A stretch of DNA of 64,000 bases. It comes from Acidimicrobiia bacterium. GTDB lineage: Bacteria > Actinomycetota > Acidimicrobiia > Spongiisociales > ZC4RG35. Of the stretch, positions 55,272 through 64,000 are shown in pieces. The notes beneath the pieces are model-generated. The model saw only the letters and a program-made list of their open reading frames with translations. It was not told the origin of the DNA and did no database searches. The translations under genes were made by a program, and so were the position numbers. The DNA lies in contig OZ253443.1 of NCBI GenBank assembly GCA_965261135.1, forward strand, positions 2,416,841-2,480,840, given 5' to 3'. Positions within the stretch are counted from its first letter, which is position 1. The number at the start of each line of letters is the position of its first letter.

Positions 55272-56390
55272 ATGAGCAACAACGATCGAGTACGAGTGGG
55301 AGTGGTGGGCGCCAGCCCGCCCGGCTTCGGTGATCGTGCCCATCTGCCGGCGATCCAATCGGCTCCCGGACTGACGTTGGAGGCGGTTTGCACCACCCGC
55401 CCGGAGACAGCCAAGGCTGCGGCCCAAAAGTGGGGAGCTCGCAAGTGGTACGCCGGTGTAGAAGACCTGTGCAACGACCCCGAAGTGGACCTGGTGACGG
55501 TGGCGGTCCGGCCCCGCTTTCACCATCCGCTGTCCATGGCGGCTCTCCGAGCCGGCAAACCGGTATTCTGCGAATGGCCGCTGGCCCTCGACACCACGGA
55601 GGCTCTGGAGATGGTGTCCACGGCGGCACAGGGGGGTATCCCCACCGCGGTTGGTTTGCAAGGCCGCTTCGCCCCTGCGGTCGGCTGGGCGCGAAAACTG
55701 CTGGCCGACGGCGCCATCGGCCGGCCTCTTTCCTTCCTGGCCTCCCAGATGCTCTCGAAGTTCGAAGTGGACTCCGACCGGTCCTGGCTGGTGCGTCACT
55801 CCGAAGCCAGCGGCGCGCTGTTCGTGGCCTTCGGCCATGTGATGGACTCGGTTCGTTTCATCCTGGGAGACGTGAAAAACATCTCCGGCCGCCAAATGAC
55901 CCTGTCGCCGGCAGGGGTGTTCAGCGAAGGGGGGACCTTCGAGTGGAAGACCGCCGACACGGTGATGGCCATCGCCGAGTTGACCGGAGGTGCGGTCGGG
56001 ACGGCCTACGCCTCCAACGCCACCTCACCTCCCCTGGGATACTCTCTGCGAATCCTCGGAGAGGAGGGACAGATCCTCCTGGGCGCGCCATCCTATTACC
56101 AATTCAGCCCTGTCAGGCTGTCGGTAGGCCCTCTGAAGGTTTCGGTAGGCGGAAGGGAAACAGACAATCTGGAGCAGGTTGAAATCCCCGGCGAATATTT
56201 TTCGGAGACGCCGCTGACCGAGAGTCACTCCGGCTACAACGTGGCGAGAGCCCTGACAGATTTCGCCGATTCCATCCGGGAAGGACGACGTTTCCGACCC
56301 GACTTCGATGACGGAGTGGAGCTCCATCGGATTCTCGATGCCGTCATGACCTCCAGCCGGGAAGGCCGGCGGGAGACCATCGGGTCGTGA
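55272..56390 (+). CDS. Gfo/Idh/MocA-family NAD(P)-dependent oxidoreductase
   Basis: Rossmann VRVGVVGASPPGFGDRAHLPAI and the EWPLA catalytic region. Start trimmed to the ATG at 55272. Confidence 0.7.
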   Translation: MSNNDRVRVGVVGASPPGFGDRAHLPAIQSAPGLTLEAVCTTRPETAKAAAQKWGARKWYAGVEDLCNDPEVDLVTVAVRPRFHHPLSMAALRAGKPVFCEWPLALDTTEALEMVSTAAQGGIPTAVGLQGRFAPAVGWARKLLADGAIGRPLSFLASQMLSKFEVDSDRSWLVRHSEASGALFVAFGHVMDSVRFILGDVKNISGRQMTLSPAGVFSEGGTFEWKTADTVMAIAELTGGAVGTAYASNATSPPLGYSLRILGEEGQILLGAPSYYQFSPVRLSVGPLKVSVGGRETDNLEQVEIPGEYFSETPLTESHSGYNVARALTDFADSIREGRRFRPDFDDGVELHRILDAVMTSSREGRRETIGS

Positions 56391-56516
56391 TGCTTCCATC
56401 TATCTAAACACTGTGACCTTCTGCTGACCCTGCGACGCCGATAGTGTAGTGTTTGTTTTGCCAAGTTAGTGTTGTGCGGTAGTGTTTTGTCACACGCCTA
56501 CGGCATACTGGTAGAG

Positions 56517-57725
56517 ATGAACAAGACAGCTATCAACGGGCGAACCGCCAATGAGGCGAGACTGTTGGCGCCCACCCTGCCGGTAGACGAAGCTACCTTG
56601 GAACAGCTTCAGGATCGGTTGCAGTCCGCCATCCGGGTCGAGAACCAAGCAGCCGCAATCCAGGCGGAGACCCTGGCGGAGATGACCCGCCGGGAAGGAA
56701 TCGAACTAACCGAGAACACCCTCCGAGAAACCGGTCTGCGGTCCCGCCGCAAGGCCCGCTCAGAAGCAGAAACCGCCAAGGAACTCAAAGACCTACCGGA
56801 AACGTCGAAGGGTTTGCGTGATGGGGAGATTTCCTATGACAACGCCCGGATCCTGGCCAAGGCCTCCCAGCGGGGAGAGATAGACGAAACCGAACTGGGT
56901 GACGCGGCAAGGTCGCAGTCACCTGACAAGTTCGCCGGAACCGTCAGAAAATATGAGCAACAGCGTTCCCAAGACGACGGAATGTCCCGGTTGGAGTATC
57001 AACGTTCCCAACGGTTCGCCAGGATCAAAACCGATCCCGCCGATGGTATGAAAGTGCTCTACGGACGGTTCGATCCGATCACCGGAGCATTGTTGGAAAC
57101 AGCCCTGTCACAGAAGATGAACGAGTTGTGGCGGGAAGAAGACCCCCAGGATCGGCGCACCCCCGGCCAGAGAATGGCAGACGCCCTCACCATGTTGGTA
57201 ACCAGAGAAGACACAGACGAAGATGAGAACTCTCGGGGACCCAGGTTGTTGCTGATCGCCGACTACGACGTCATCAACCGGGAGCTCCGTAACGGGCGTC
57301 TGTCCGATGGGACACCCGTTCCTGTGGAGAAGATCCGCGACCTGGCCTGTCAGGCCGACTTACTTCCCGCAGTATTCCGGGGCGTGTCACAACCCCTGGA
57401 TCTGGGACGGGCCCGGCGGATCGCCAGCCCGGCTCAACGGGTGGCTCTGGTCGCTCGGGACCGGGCATGTGTGGGATGTGGAGCCTCTACCACTTGGTGT
57501 CAGGCGCATCACATAATCCCATGGGCGGTGGGAGGGAACACCGACCTGGACGACATGTGTCTCCTATGCTCCCGCTGCCACCACAAAGTCCACGACAACA
57601 ACTGGGTAGTACGCCGAACCCCCACCGGCAAATACACCCTCAAACCACCACGCAAACACCACCATCACACAGGCAACCCACGCAACCATCCTCGCAGGCG
57701 GACCACCATCAAGCAGCGGAAATGA
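56517..57725 (+). CDS. DUF222 + HNH endonuclease domain protein (REP13E12-type)
   Basis: C-terminal HNH: CVGCGASTTWCQAHHIIPWAVGGNTDLDDMCLLCSRCHHKVH. N-terminal region typical of the actinobacterial DUF222 family. Start at the ATG 56517. Confidence 0.7.
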   Translation: MNKTAINGRTANEARLLAPTLPVDEATLEQLQDRLQSAIRVENQAAAIQAETLAEMTRREGIELTENTLRETGLRSRRKARSEAETAKELKDLPETSKGLRDGEISYDNARILAKASQRGEIDETELGDAARSQSPDKFAGTVRKYEQQRSQDDGMSRLEYQRSQRFARIKTDPADGMKVLYGRFDPITGALLETALSQKMNELWREEDPQDRRTPGQRMADALTMLVTREDTDEDENSRGPRLLLIADYDVINRELRNGRLSDGTPVPVEKIRDLACQADLLPAVFRGVSQPLDLGRARRIASPAQRVALVARDRACVGCGASTTWCQAHHIIPWAVGGNTDLDDMCLLCSRCHHKVHDNNWVVRRTPTGKYTLKPPRKHHHHTGNPRNHPRRRTTIKQRK

Positions 57726-57886
57726 ACCACCGCGCCTACCCGGTACACAGACTGGTCCCTGGTACCTCCCCGACGAAGAATGCCGCCACGGCTCCCGTGT
57801 AGTTCGATTGACCACAGGGGTGACTTGGTGATTCGGGCCCCTTCAGGCGATCCGCCCCGACCGCCAGAGGTAGACTTACACGCCAA

Positions 57887-58735
57887 ATGGACACAAAATG
57901 GTTTACCAATTCAGCTGGCGAACGGATTGCTTATCACGACATCGGTTCGGGTGATCCGGCGCTGATCTTTATCCATGGCGTTTACGGAAGCCGGGGAGGC
58001 TTTGGCCTCCAGGAGGAGTACTTCTCTCCCAATCACCGGTGCCTGGCCGTCGACCTGGTGGGCAATACCGGCGAAAGCGACAAGCCCGATCGGATCATCA
58101 CCATGGCTGAGCATGCCGACCATGTCGCCGAATTGATTCGTCATCTTGGTTTGCACAAACCAGTTCTGATCGGCCAGAGCATGGGAGGACAGGTGGTTAT
58201 CAGCGTCGCTGCCCGGCATCCCGACTTGGTGGGAGCGATAGCCAGTCTCGATTCACCCAGCAACGCTCCGGGGTGGACCAAGAACCACATCGACCCCTTC
58301 AATCATTTGATGGTTCATGGAGGCCCTATTCGGGAATCGCTGCAGATGTTCATCGGCGCCGCCTATCTCTCCACCGACCCCGATCATGCGGGAAGCTTCA
58401 TTGAAAGAATGACCCCGGTCCCCGATTATGTGCTGGTCAATGGCTGGCAGACCATGACCCTATTCGACCCCGTCCCGGTGCTGCCCGAGGTGAAAGCGCC
58501 TTATCTGTACATCGACTGCGGCCAGCCCGGTGTGGACTTTGTCTGGCTCAGAGAGCTTTGTCCCCAGGTTGTGATCGGAAAGACAGTGGGCTCCGGACAT
58601 AAGGCTCTTCAGGATGTTCCCGACCAGGTCAATGCCATGCTCAGACGGTTCATCGAAAACGCCGACGCCCTGGCCGCCGAAATGATCCGCACCGGCGGAG
58701 TATTCCAGTACAGCTTCCCACCGACTGAATCCTGA
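57887..58735 (+). CDS. alpha/beta-fold hydrolase
   Basis: Nucleophile elbow GQSMGG. HGVYGS oxyanion region. 282 aa. Confidence 0.7.
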   Translation: MDTKWFTNSAGERIAYHDIGSGDPALIFIHGVYGSRGGFGLQEEYFSPNHRCLAVDLVGNTGESDKPDRIITMAEHADHVAELIRHLGLHKPVLIGQSMGGQVVISVAARHPDLVGAIASLDSPSNAPGWTKNHIDPFNHLMVHGGPIRESLQMFIGAAYLSTDPDHAGSFIERMTPVPDYVLVNGWQTMTLFDPVPVLPEVKAPYLYIDCGQPGVDFVWLRELCPQVVIGKTVGSGHKALQDVPDQVNAMLRRFIENADALAAEMIRTGGVFQYSFPPTES

Positions 58736-58787
58736 GGCTCTCCTCGTGATGGCCGTGGGCACCCCTTTAGACTAAGAATCCCCAGCC

Positions 58788-58858
58788 GGCGGGTGTAGTT
58801 CAATGGCAGAACACGAGCTTCCCAAGCTCGGAGTGGGGGTTCGATTCCCCTCACCCGC
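58788..58858 (+). tRNA. tRNA-Gly (anticodon CCC), CCA not encoded
   Basis: GCGGGTG/CACCCGC acceptor stem, anticodon loop TTCCCAA, T-arm GGGGGTTCGATTCCCCT. Near-identical in architecture to bacterial glyU. Confidence 0.8.
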
Positions 58859-58938
58859 TCTCCATCGGAGCCGCCTACGGCATGCTCCGTGGCGGTGACT
58901 ACGCTATGTATCGTCAATCCTGACCCCTTCCCTGGAGG

Positions 58939-61900
58939 ATGACTGTGGCTGTTAGATCGTCCCGGTTTGTAACCCTGTTCGTGGCTCTAGCGATGCTTGC
59001 AACGCTCCTCGCCACCCCCGTAGCTGGTGCCGACGATAGGGCCTACGAGGATGTTTCCTCTCAGAATGTCCACGCTCCGGCAATTGAGGCCCTGCACGCT
59101 ATAGGACTCTTTACCGAGACGGATTGCGCCGAAGGCAGCTTCTGTCCCGACGAGCCTGCGCAACGCTGGGTTATGGCGGTATGGCTCGCCCGGGCGATCT
59201 TCGGGTTCAACCCTGGGCAGGAGGCGCCGTCGACACGATTCGCCGACCTGGACAATGAAATAATGTGGGCAGCTCCCCACATTGAACAACTGGTGGATCA
59301 CGGCATCATGGAGGGATGCGGTGACGATCCGCTCAGGTTCTGCCCCGAGGACAGCCTGACTCGTGCGGAGATCGCCACTGTCCTGACCCGTGCCTTCAAG
59401 CTCCCGCCGGCGGGCTACATCGGGTTCGGAGATCTGGCAGGCGTCGAAAACGCCGGTGACATCAATGCGCTAGCCGCCGCTCGCCTGACCGTTGGTTGTT
59501 CCGCCGACGCTTTCCTGTACTGCCCCTCCGCCGTTGTAACACGCGGTCAGATGGCAACCTTCCTGGCGCGTGCAGTGGGACTGGCGCCGCTACCCGGCTA
59601 CCAGCCGGCCGTGGACTCGACTCCCCTGCCCACCGACCCGGTGCTGCGCATCGGAACCCTCGACAATGGATTCACCTATTACCTTCGACACAACGAAAGG
59701 CCCGGAAAGAGCGTAACTCTTCGCCTGGTCGTGAAGGCGGGGTCGATCAACGAACCCGGACCGGGCCGGGGCATCGCTCACTTCCTGGAGCACATTGTGT
59801 TGGAGGGAACCGAGGCATATCCAGAGGAAGCTTTCACCGCCACGGTTCGTTCTCTGGGCGCCGAACTCGGCCCGGACATCAATGCCGGTGTCTGGTACGA
59901 CCAGACCATCTTCGAGTTGACTGTGGCCGCTGATCCGGTTGAGAATGTGAGCACGGCGCTGCATTTGCTGTCGCAGATGGCTCATGCCGCCCTCATTGAC
60001 CCGGAGGGGGTAATCGCAGAGCGAGGGGTGGTTCTGGACGAGTTGCGTTTCCGGACCGAGACCAGTGGAGGTCAGATCGGCGCCGAGTTCGATCGCATTT
60101 ATACCCATGGCACCCCTTACGAGGGGTATTACCCGGGCGGTACGGCGCCGTCTCTGGAGTCGATGACCGCCGAGGACCTGAGGGAGTTCTACGAGACCTG
60201 GTACGTCCCCTCCAACATGGCCATCGTGGCGGTGGGTGACGTACCCGAAGATGACCTCTATGCCCTGGTGGAGGAGCACTTCGGATCGATAGAACCAGGT
60301 ATCCCTCCAGCATTCTCGCTCACCGAAGTGACACCCGACCCGGCGCCGTCCTACCACGTGGTCACTGATGAAGCACAGGGCTACACATTCATTTCCTTCG
60401 ACATCCCCATTCCGTCGTTCAATACCGGCACGTTAGGTGGAGAGCGCCTCCTGCTGTTGGACAGCCTGGTGGAATTGATGATCGGCAATCGGCTCGAAGA
60501 CGCCTATTACCGCGGTGAACTGGCACAGGTGGATCGCCCTCACTTCGACACCTTCAACCACAACCGGGGATTGCGCTACTACGGCACCAACTGGCAGGGC
60601 GAGAATCTCGACACGGCTTCCAGCAACTACTTGTCGGTGTTGCAGACCGCCCAGAGGTACGGCTTCACCGATGCCGACCTGGTCCGCGCCAGAGAAGAAG
60701 TCGCCACCGTATTGGAGCACCGGCTTGAAACCGCCGCTACTACCACGGACCCGCAGTACACGGGAAACTACGTAGACCACTTCCTGCGTGGCGCTGACAT
60801 CAGTGCCCCCGAGGATCGGTACGACCGGGTCTCGGCCCTTCTCGAAGAGGTGACTGCCGAGGAGTTGACCGATCACTACCGGTGGCAGATGAGCCGGGCC
60901 GGGCCGATTCTGATCGCAGTCGGTCCCAATGCTGCCAGCCTCCCTTCCACCGCTGACCTGGAAGCTGCGGTGGCGGCCGCATCGCCGCGCAGCGAGCCTC
61001 CTCCGATCGAGCCGGAAATCGATCAGTTGATGGCGGTTCCCGAGCCGGTGGAGCCGGTTTCCAGTGGCCCCTCGGACGTACTGGAAGGCACCCAGTGGGA
61101 GTTCGCAAACGGAGCCAGGGTGGTGTTCGTGTACTCCGACATCACCGAAGCGACTGTGCACCTGCGCACCCGGTCGCTGGGGGGATGGTCCCAACTGGAG
61201 CCGGGCGCGCGGGCGCTCGCTCCCCGAGCGGTCGAAGCGGTGGTGCGCAGTGGCTTCGGTGACCTGACACAATTGCAGATCAACCGTTTCCTCGGGGAGA
61301 GCACCGCCTCCTTGAGCGCGTCGATCGGTGAGACCACAGAAGGTTTCGATGGCGGCGCCAACAGTGAAGATCTCGAAACGCTGTTCCAACTCCTGCACCT
61401 GCTCGTCACCGCTCCCCGGGTGGACGACATCGCCTTCGAGCAGGCATTGAACAGTGCCACGATCCGCACGCAACTGGCCGAGGTGCATCCCGCCTGGCAG
61501 GCGTGGGTGGCCTATAACGAAGCCCGCTTCGATCCGGCCTGGTACCGACCGGTGGCAACCCCCGAACAGCTCGCCACGATGAGCCCCGAGTCGCTACTCG
61601 ATCTCTACCGGCGCCGACTGGGTGATGTGGACGACATGGTGGTGGCGGTGGTGGGTGACACCGATGCCGAGGTTGTCGAACGACTCGCCCGCCATTACAT
61701 CGGGACTCTCCCCGCCGGTGATTCCGACACGTACGTTGACCGCCATTCGGCGCCACCCGATGGCTTGGTGCGGCGGGAGATACCGATCGGCGGGAATATG
61801 AGCGCCGTTCTGCAGATGTACCACGAAGCCGAGGGTGCCGTTACCCCGTCGGCGAGAGTCAATGCTCACATACTTCGAGTGATTCTGGACGACCGTCTCA

Positions 61901-62325
61901 CCCAGTTGGTCCGCGAAGAGTTGGGCGCCTCTTACATTGCGGGGGTCTCGATCGAACCGGCCCTCACGCCACGGCCCACGATCTACTCGGATCTGTTTTT
62001 CACCGTCGATGCTGCCGGCTACCAAGACGCCTACAACAGGGTCCTTTCGATCCTGGCCGATCTGGTGGCCAACGGACCTACCGTCGAGGAAATCCAGCAG
62101 GCCAAAGCCGTTGCCCAGGCCGATTTCGACAAGGTCAACAACGCCGGGCTGCTCAATGTCATCACCAGCCGGTTGCACCTTGACGACGAAGGCCTTTTCA
62201 CGTCGGCGCGTTCTCTGGAGGAACTCCAGAAGGTCACGGCGGCAACCGTGCAGTCTCTTGCAGCCGAACTCTATGACAAAGAAACTCGTGTCGAGATCGT
62301 CCGGGTACCGACCCCGAGCCGGTAA
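58939..62325 (+). CDS. SLH-domain-anchored M16 (pitrilysin/insulinase) family zinc metallopeptidase
   Basis: Signal peptide, then three SLH-like repeats (YEDVSSQNVHAPAIEAL..., FADLDNEIMWAAPHIEQL..., FGDLAGVENAGDINALA...), then an M16 active half with the inverted zinc motif HFLEH and a second inactive M16 half. A GTG at 58945 is the alternative start, with GGAGG 6 nt upstream. Confidence 0.7.
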   Translation: MTVAVRSSRFVTLFVALAMLATLLATPVAGADDRAYEDVSSQNVHAPAIEALHAIGLFTETDCAEGSFCPDEPAQRWVMAVWLARAIFGFNPGQEAPSTRFADLDNEIMWAAPHIEQLVDHGIMEGCGDDPLRFCPEDSLTRAEIATVLTRAFKLPPAGYIGFGDLAGVENAGDINALAAARLTVGCSADAFLYCPSAVVTRGQMATFLARAVGLAPLPGYQPAVDSTPLPTDPVLRIGTLDNGFTYYLRHNERPGKSVTLRLVVKAGSINEPGPGRGIAHFLEHIVLEGTEAYPEEAFTATVRSLGAELGPDINAGVWYDQTIFELTVAADPVENVSTALHLLSQMAHAALIDPEGVIAERGVVLDELRFRTETSGGQIGAEFDRIYTHGTPYEGYYPGGTAPSLESMTAEDLREFYETWYVPSNMAIVAVGDVPEDDLYALVEEHFGSIEPGIPPAFSLTEVTPDPAPSYHVVTDEAQGYTFISFDIPIPSFNTGTLGGERLLLLDSLVELMIGNRLEDAYYRGELAQVDRPHFDTFNHNRGLRYYGTNWQGENLDTASSNYLSVLQTAQRYGFTDADLVRAREEVATVLEHRLETAATTTDPQYTGNYVDHFLRGADISAPEDRYDRVSALLEEVTAEELTDHYRWQMSRAGPILIAVGPNAASLPSTADLEAAVAAASPRSEPPPIEPEIDQLMAVPEPVEPVSSGPSDVLEGTQWEFANGARVVFVYSDITEATVHLRTRSLGGWSQLEPGARALAPRAVEAVVRSGFGDLTQLQINRFLGESTASLSASIGETTEGFDGGANSEDLETLFQLLHLLVTAPRVDDIAFEQALNSATIRTQLAEVHPAWQAWVAYNEARFDPAWYRPVATPEQLATMSPESLLDLYRRRLGDVDDMVVAVVGDTDAEVVERLARHYIGTLPAGDSDTYVDRHSAPPDGLVRREIPIGGNMSAVLQMYHEAEGAVTPSARVNAHILRVILDDRLTQLVREELGASYIAGVSIEPALTPRPTIYSDLFFTVDAAGYQDAYNRVLSILADLVANGPTVEEIQQAKAVAQADFDKVNNAGLLNVITSRLHLDDEGLFTSARSLEELQKVTAATVQSLAAELYDKETRVEIVRVPTPSR

Positions 62326-62407
62326 CGTTCGTGCGGCTACAGTGCCGGAGGAAGAGTTCTGTTCGCCCCAGAGGTGGACAGCGGCAATGGCTTGAGACGA
62401 GGACATA

Positions 62408-62983
62408 GTGATCTTTTCTGACCGATCCATAAAGGAAGCCTTGGAGGAGGGCCGGATCGACATCGACCCCTATAAGGAGTCACATGTCCAGCCCTCCAGC
62501 GTGGATCTGAGGGTGGCGTCGACCTTCCGGGTCTTCGCCAATCACCTCTATCCCTACATAGACCCCCGCCGACACCAGGAGAAACTCACTTCCCTCCACG
62601 AGGTGGAACCCGACAATCACTTCATTCTTCATCCCGGCGAATTCGCCTTGGGCGCCACCCTGGAGCGAGTCCGGCTGGGAGACGATGTGGTGGCCCGGCT
62701 GGAGGGCAAATCCAGTCTGGGGCGGCTGGGTCTGATGATCCACTCCACGGCCGGATTTGTCGACCCGGGCTTCAACGGCCGCCTCACCCTGGAACTCTCC
62801 AACGTCGCCCAGCTCCCCATCGCCATCTATCCCGGCATGCGGATCGGACAGATCAGCTTCTATCAGATGTCGACCCCGGCCGAAAACCCCTACGGAAGGG
62901 GGATCATCGGCTCCAAATACCAGGATCAGACCGGCCCAACCCCCAGCCGCAGCCACCGGGACTTTCAACAACGTCAGAAATAG
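62408..62983 (+). CDS. dcd: dCTP deaminase
   Basis: dUTPase-like fold with the characteristic [15 protein letters not shown] region. GTG start. Confidence 0.8.
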   Translation: MIFSDRSIKEALEEGRIDIDPYKESHVQPSSVDLRVASTFRVFANHLYPYIDPRRHQEKLTSLHEVEPDNHFILHPGEFALGATLERVRLGDDVVARLEGKSSLGRLGLMIHSTAGFVDPGFNGRLTLELSNVAQLPIAIYPGMRIGQISFYQMSTPAENPYGRGIIGSKYQDQTGPTPSRSHRDFQQRQK

Positions 62984-63013
62984 CGGCCCTTTTCGACCCC
63001 CCGGGACGCGGAA

Positions 63014-64000
63014 TCAGTATTCGTGGTCTGCGCGGCGCTGGCGGGAAGGTTGCACCCGGGGAGGCTCACCGGGCTGCTTTGGATAGTGGGGGGGCCAGGG
63101 CGCGTCGCCCAAGCCGTACTCCTCCTCGTCACGCACCACCCATTCCAACAGGGTATGAATCTCCCCCGCCGACTGATCTATGCCGTCCGTCAAATCACCC
63201 ACCGCCTGATAACGATCGGCGAATCGGTTCATCGGAAAGTCCTCGATCTCAACATCAGGCAACTCATCCCAGGTGAGGGGAGCCGAGACGTATCCGGTGG
63301 GCCGGACCCCGTAGGCGGAGGAGACGGTCTTGTCCCGGGCGTTCTGGTTGTAGTCCACAAAGATTCCCCGACGCTCCTCCTTCCACCACTTGGTGGTGAC
63401 CAGGTCCGGCAGTCGTCTCTCCAACTCTCTGGCGAAGGCCAGCACCGCTCGGCGGGTGTGGTTGAAGTCATATTCACGCGCTATCCGAACATATACATGG
63501 ATTCCGCGGCTGCCCGACGTCTTGGGCCACCCCCGAAGTCCCACCTCCTCCAACAACGTGCCGGACGCCAGCGCCGCCTCTTTCACTTGGGCGAACCCGA
63601 AACCGGGGGTGGGATCGAAGTCGAGCCGCAGTTCGTCGGGGTGGTCGATGTCGTCCGCCCGGACCGGCCAGGGGTGAAAGTCCAGAGAGCCCAACTGCGC
63701 CAGCCGGATGATGTCCGCACGAGAGATCGGAACATTCATAACCCCGGGACGCTGGGAGGGGAAGCGAATCGAGACGGTCTGGAAAGGACTGCCCCGCTTG
63801 GCCCGTTTCTGATAGATGGGAGGCTGCTCCACCCCTTTCATGTAGCGCTTGAGCATGGTGGGGCGGTTGGCCACCCCCCGGAGCGCTCCCTCCGCGCACA
63901 CCGCGAAATGGCTTACGACATCCAACTTGGTCCACCCCCGCTGCGGAAACACCACCCGGGAGGGACTGGAAATCCGCACCTCCTCTCCGGCGATCTCAAC
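63014..64000 (-). CDS. LigD polymerase/primase (PrimPol) domain protein, N-terminus beyond window
   Basis: RISSPSRVVFPQ... SGSRGIHVYVRI ... archaeo-eukaryotic-primase motifs of NHEJ LigD-Pol. Reading frame stays open to the window edge. Confidence 0.7.
   Translation of the reverse strand, partial: VEIAGEEVRISSPSRVVFPQRGWTKLDVVSHFAVCAEGALRGVANRPTMLKRYMKGVEQPPIYQKRAKRGSPFQTVSIRFPSQRPGVMNVPISRADIIRLAQLGSLDFHPWPVRADDIDHPDELRLDFDPTPGFGFAQVKEAALASGTLLEEVGLRGWPKTSGSRGIHVYVRIAREYDFNHTRRAVLAFARELERRLPDLVTTKWWKEERRGIFVDYNQNARDKTVSSAYGVRPTGYVSAPLTWDELPDVEIEDFPMNRFADRYQAVGDLTDGIDQSAGEIHTLLEWVVRDEEEYGLGDAPWPPHYPKQPGEPPRVQPSRQRRADHEY

Noticed and set aside
1-64000. CRISPR arrays, rRNA genes, integrases or prophage structural genes
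   Set aside because: No regularly spaced direct repeats, no rRNA-like conserved blocks and no recombinase or capsid-like ORFs were seen. The only RNA gene recognised is tRNA-Gly.

Overview
This 64 kb window is a high-GC (~65%) bacterial chromosomal segment. It is probably actinobacterial: it carries a DUF222-HNH 'REP13E12-type' gene, many luciferase-like monooxygenases (LLMs), and a tRNA with no encoded CCA. Most genes are catabolic. At the 5' end, on the minus strand, there is a complete corrinoid-dependent methyltransferase operon: URO-D-family MT1, B12-binding corrinoid protein, a small Cys-containing ORF, a RACE-type reductive activator, and a pterin-binding MT2. The rest is a dense set of paralogous catabolic genes: seven LLM-class flavin/F420 oxidoreductases, four AMP-dependent acyl-CoA synthetases, three crotonase-fold hydratases, three VOC/glyoxalase proteins, an Fe-ADH, a flavin reductase, a TetR regulator, a cytochrome P450, a split B12-dependent acyl-CoA mutase, an amidase, an AstE/AspA-family deacylase, an M24 hydrolase, HyuA/HyuB (N-methylhydantoinase/oxoprolinase family), a complete peptide-type ABC importer with two paralogous lipoprotein SBPs, and an EamA exporter. 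The 3' end carries an alpha/beta hydrolase, tRNA-Gly(CCC), a 1128-aa SLH-anchored M16 metallopeptidase, dcd, and a partial LigD polymerase-domain gene. Accessory or unusual elements are: a ~2.2 kb low-GC islet (20.3-22.6 kb) with a translationally coupled hypothetical pair and orphan small ORFs; a 1.17 kb tandem segmental duplication leaving pseudogene stubs; a VapC toxin whose Phd/YefM-type antitoxin gene is split by an ISL3 element with an intact 10-bp target-site duplication; a ~1.45 kb lower-GC islet holding a PD-(D/E)xK-like nuclease candidate plus a small partner, flanked by a degenerate copy of the eamA 3' end; and tandem paralogs with one frameshifted copy. The supplied ORF track prints GTG/TTG starts as M and often over-extends N-termini, so several starts were re-derived by codon counting against homologous N-termini. 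All calls rest on motif and family recognition by eye. No database search was run.
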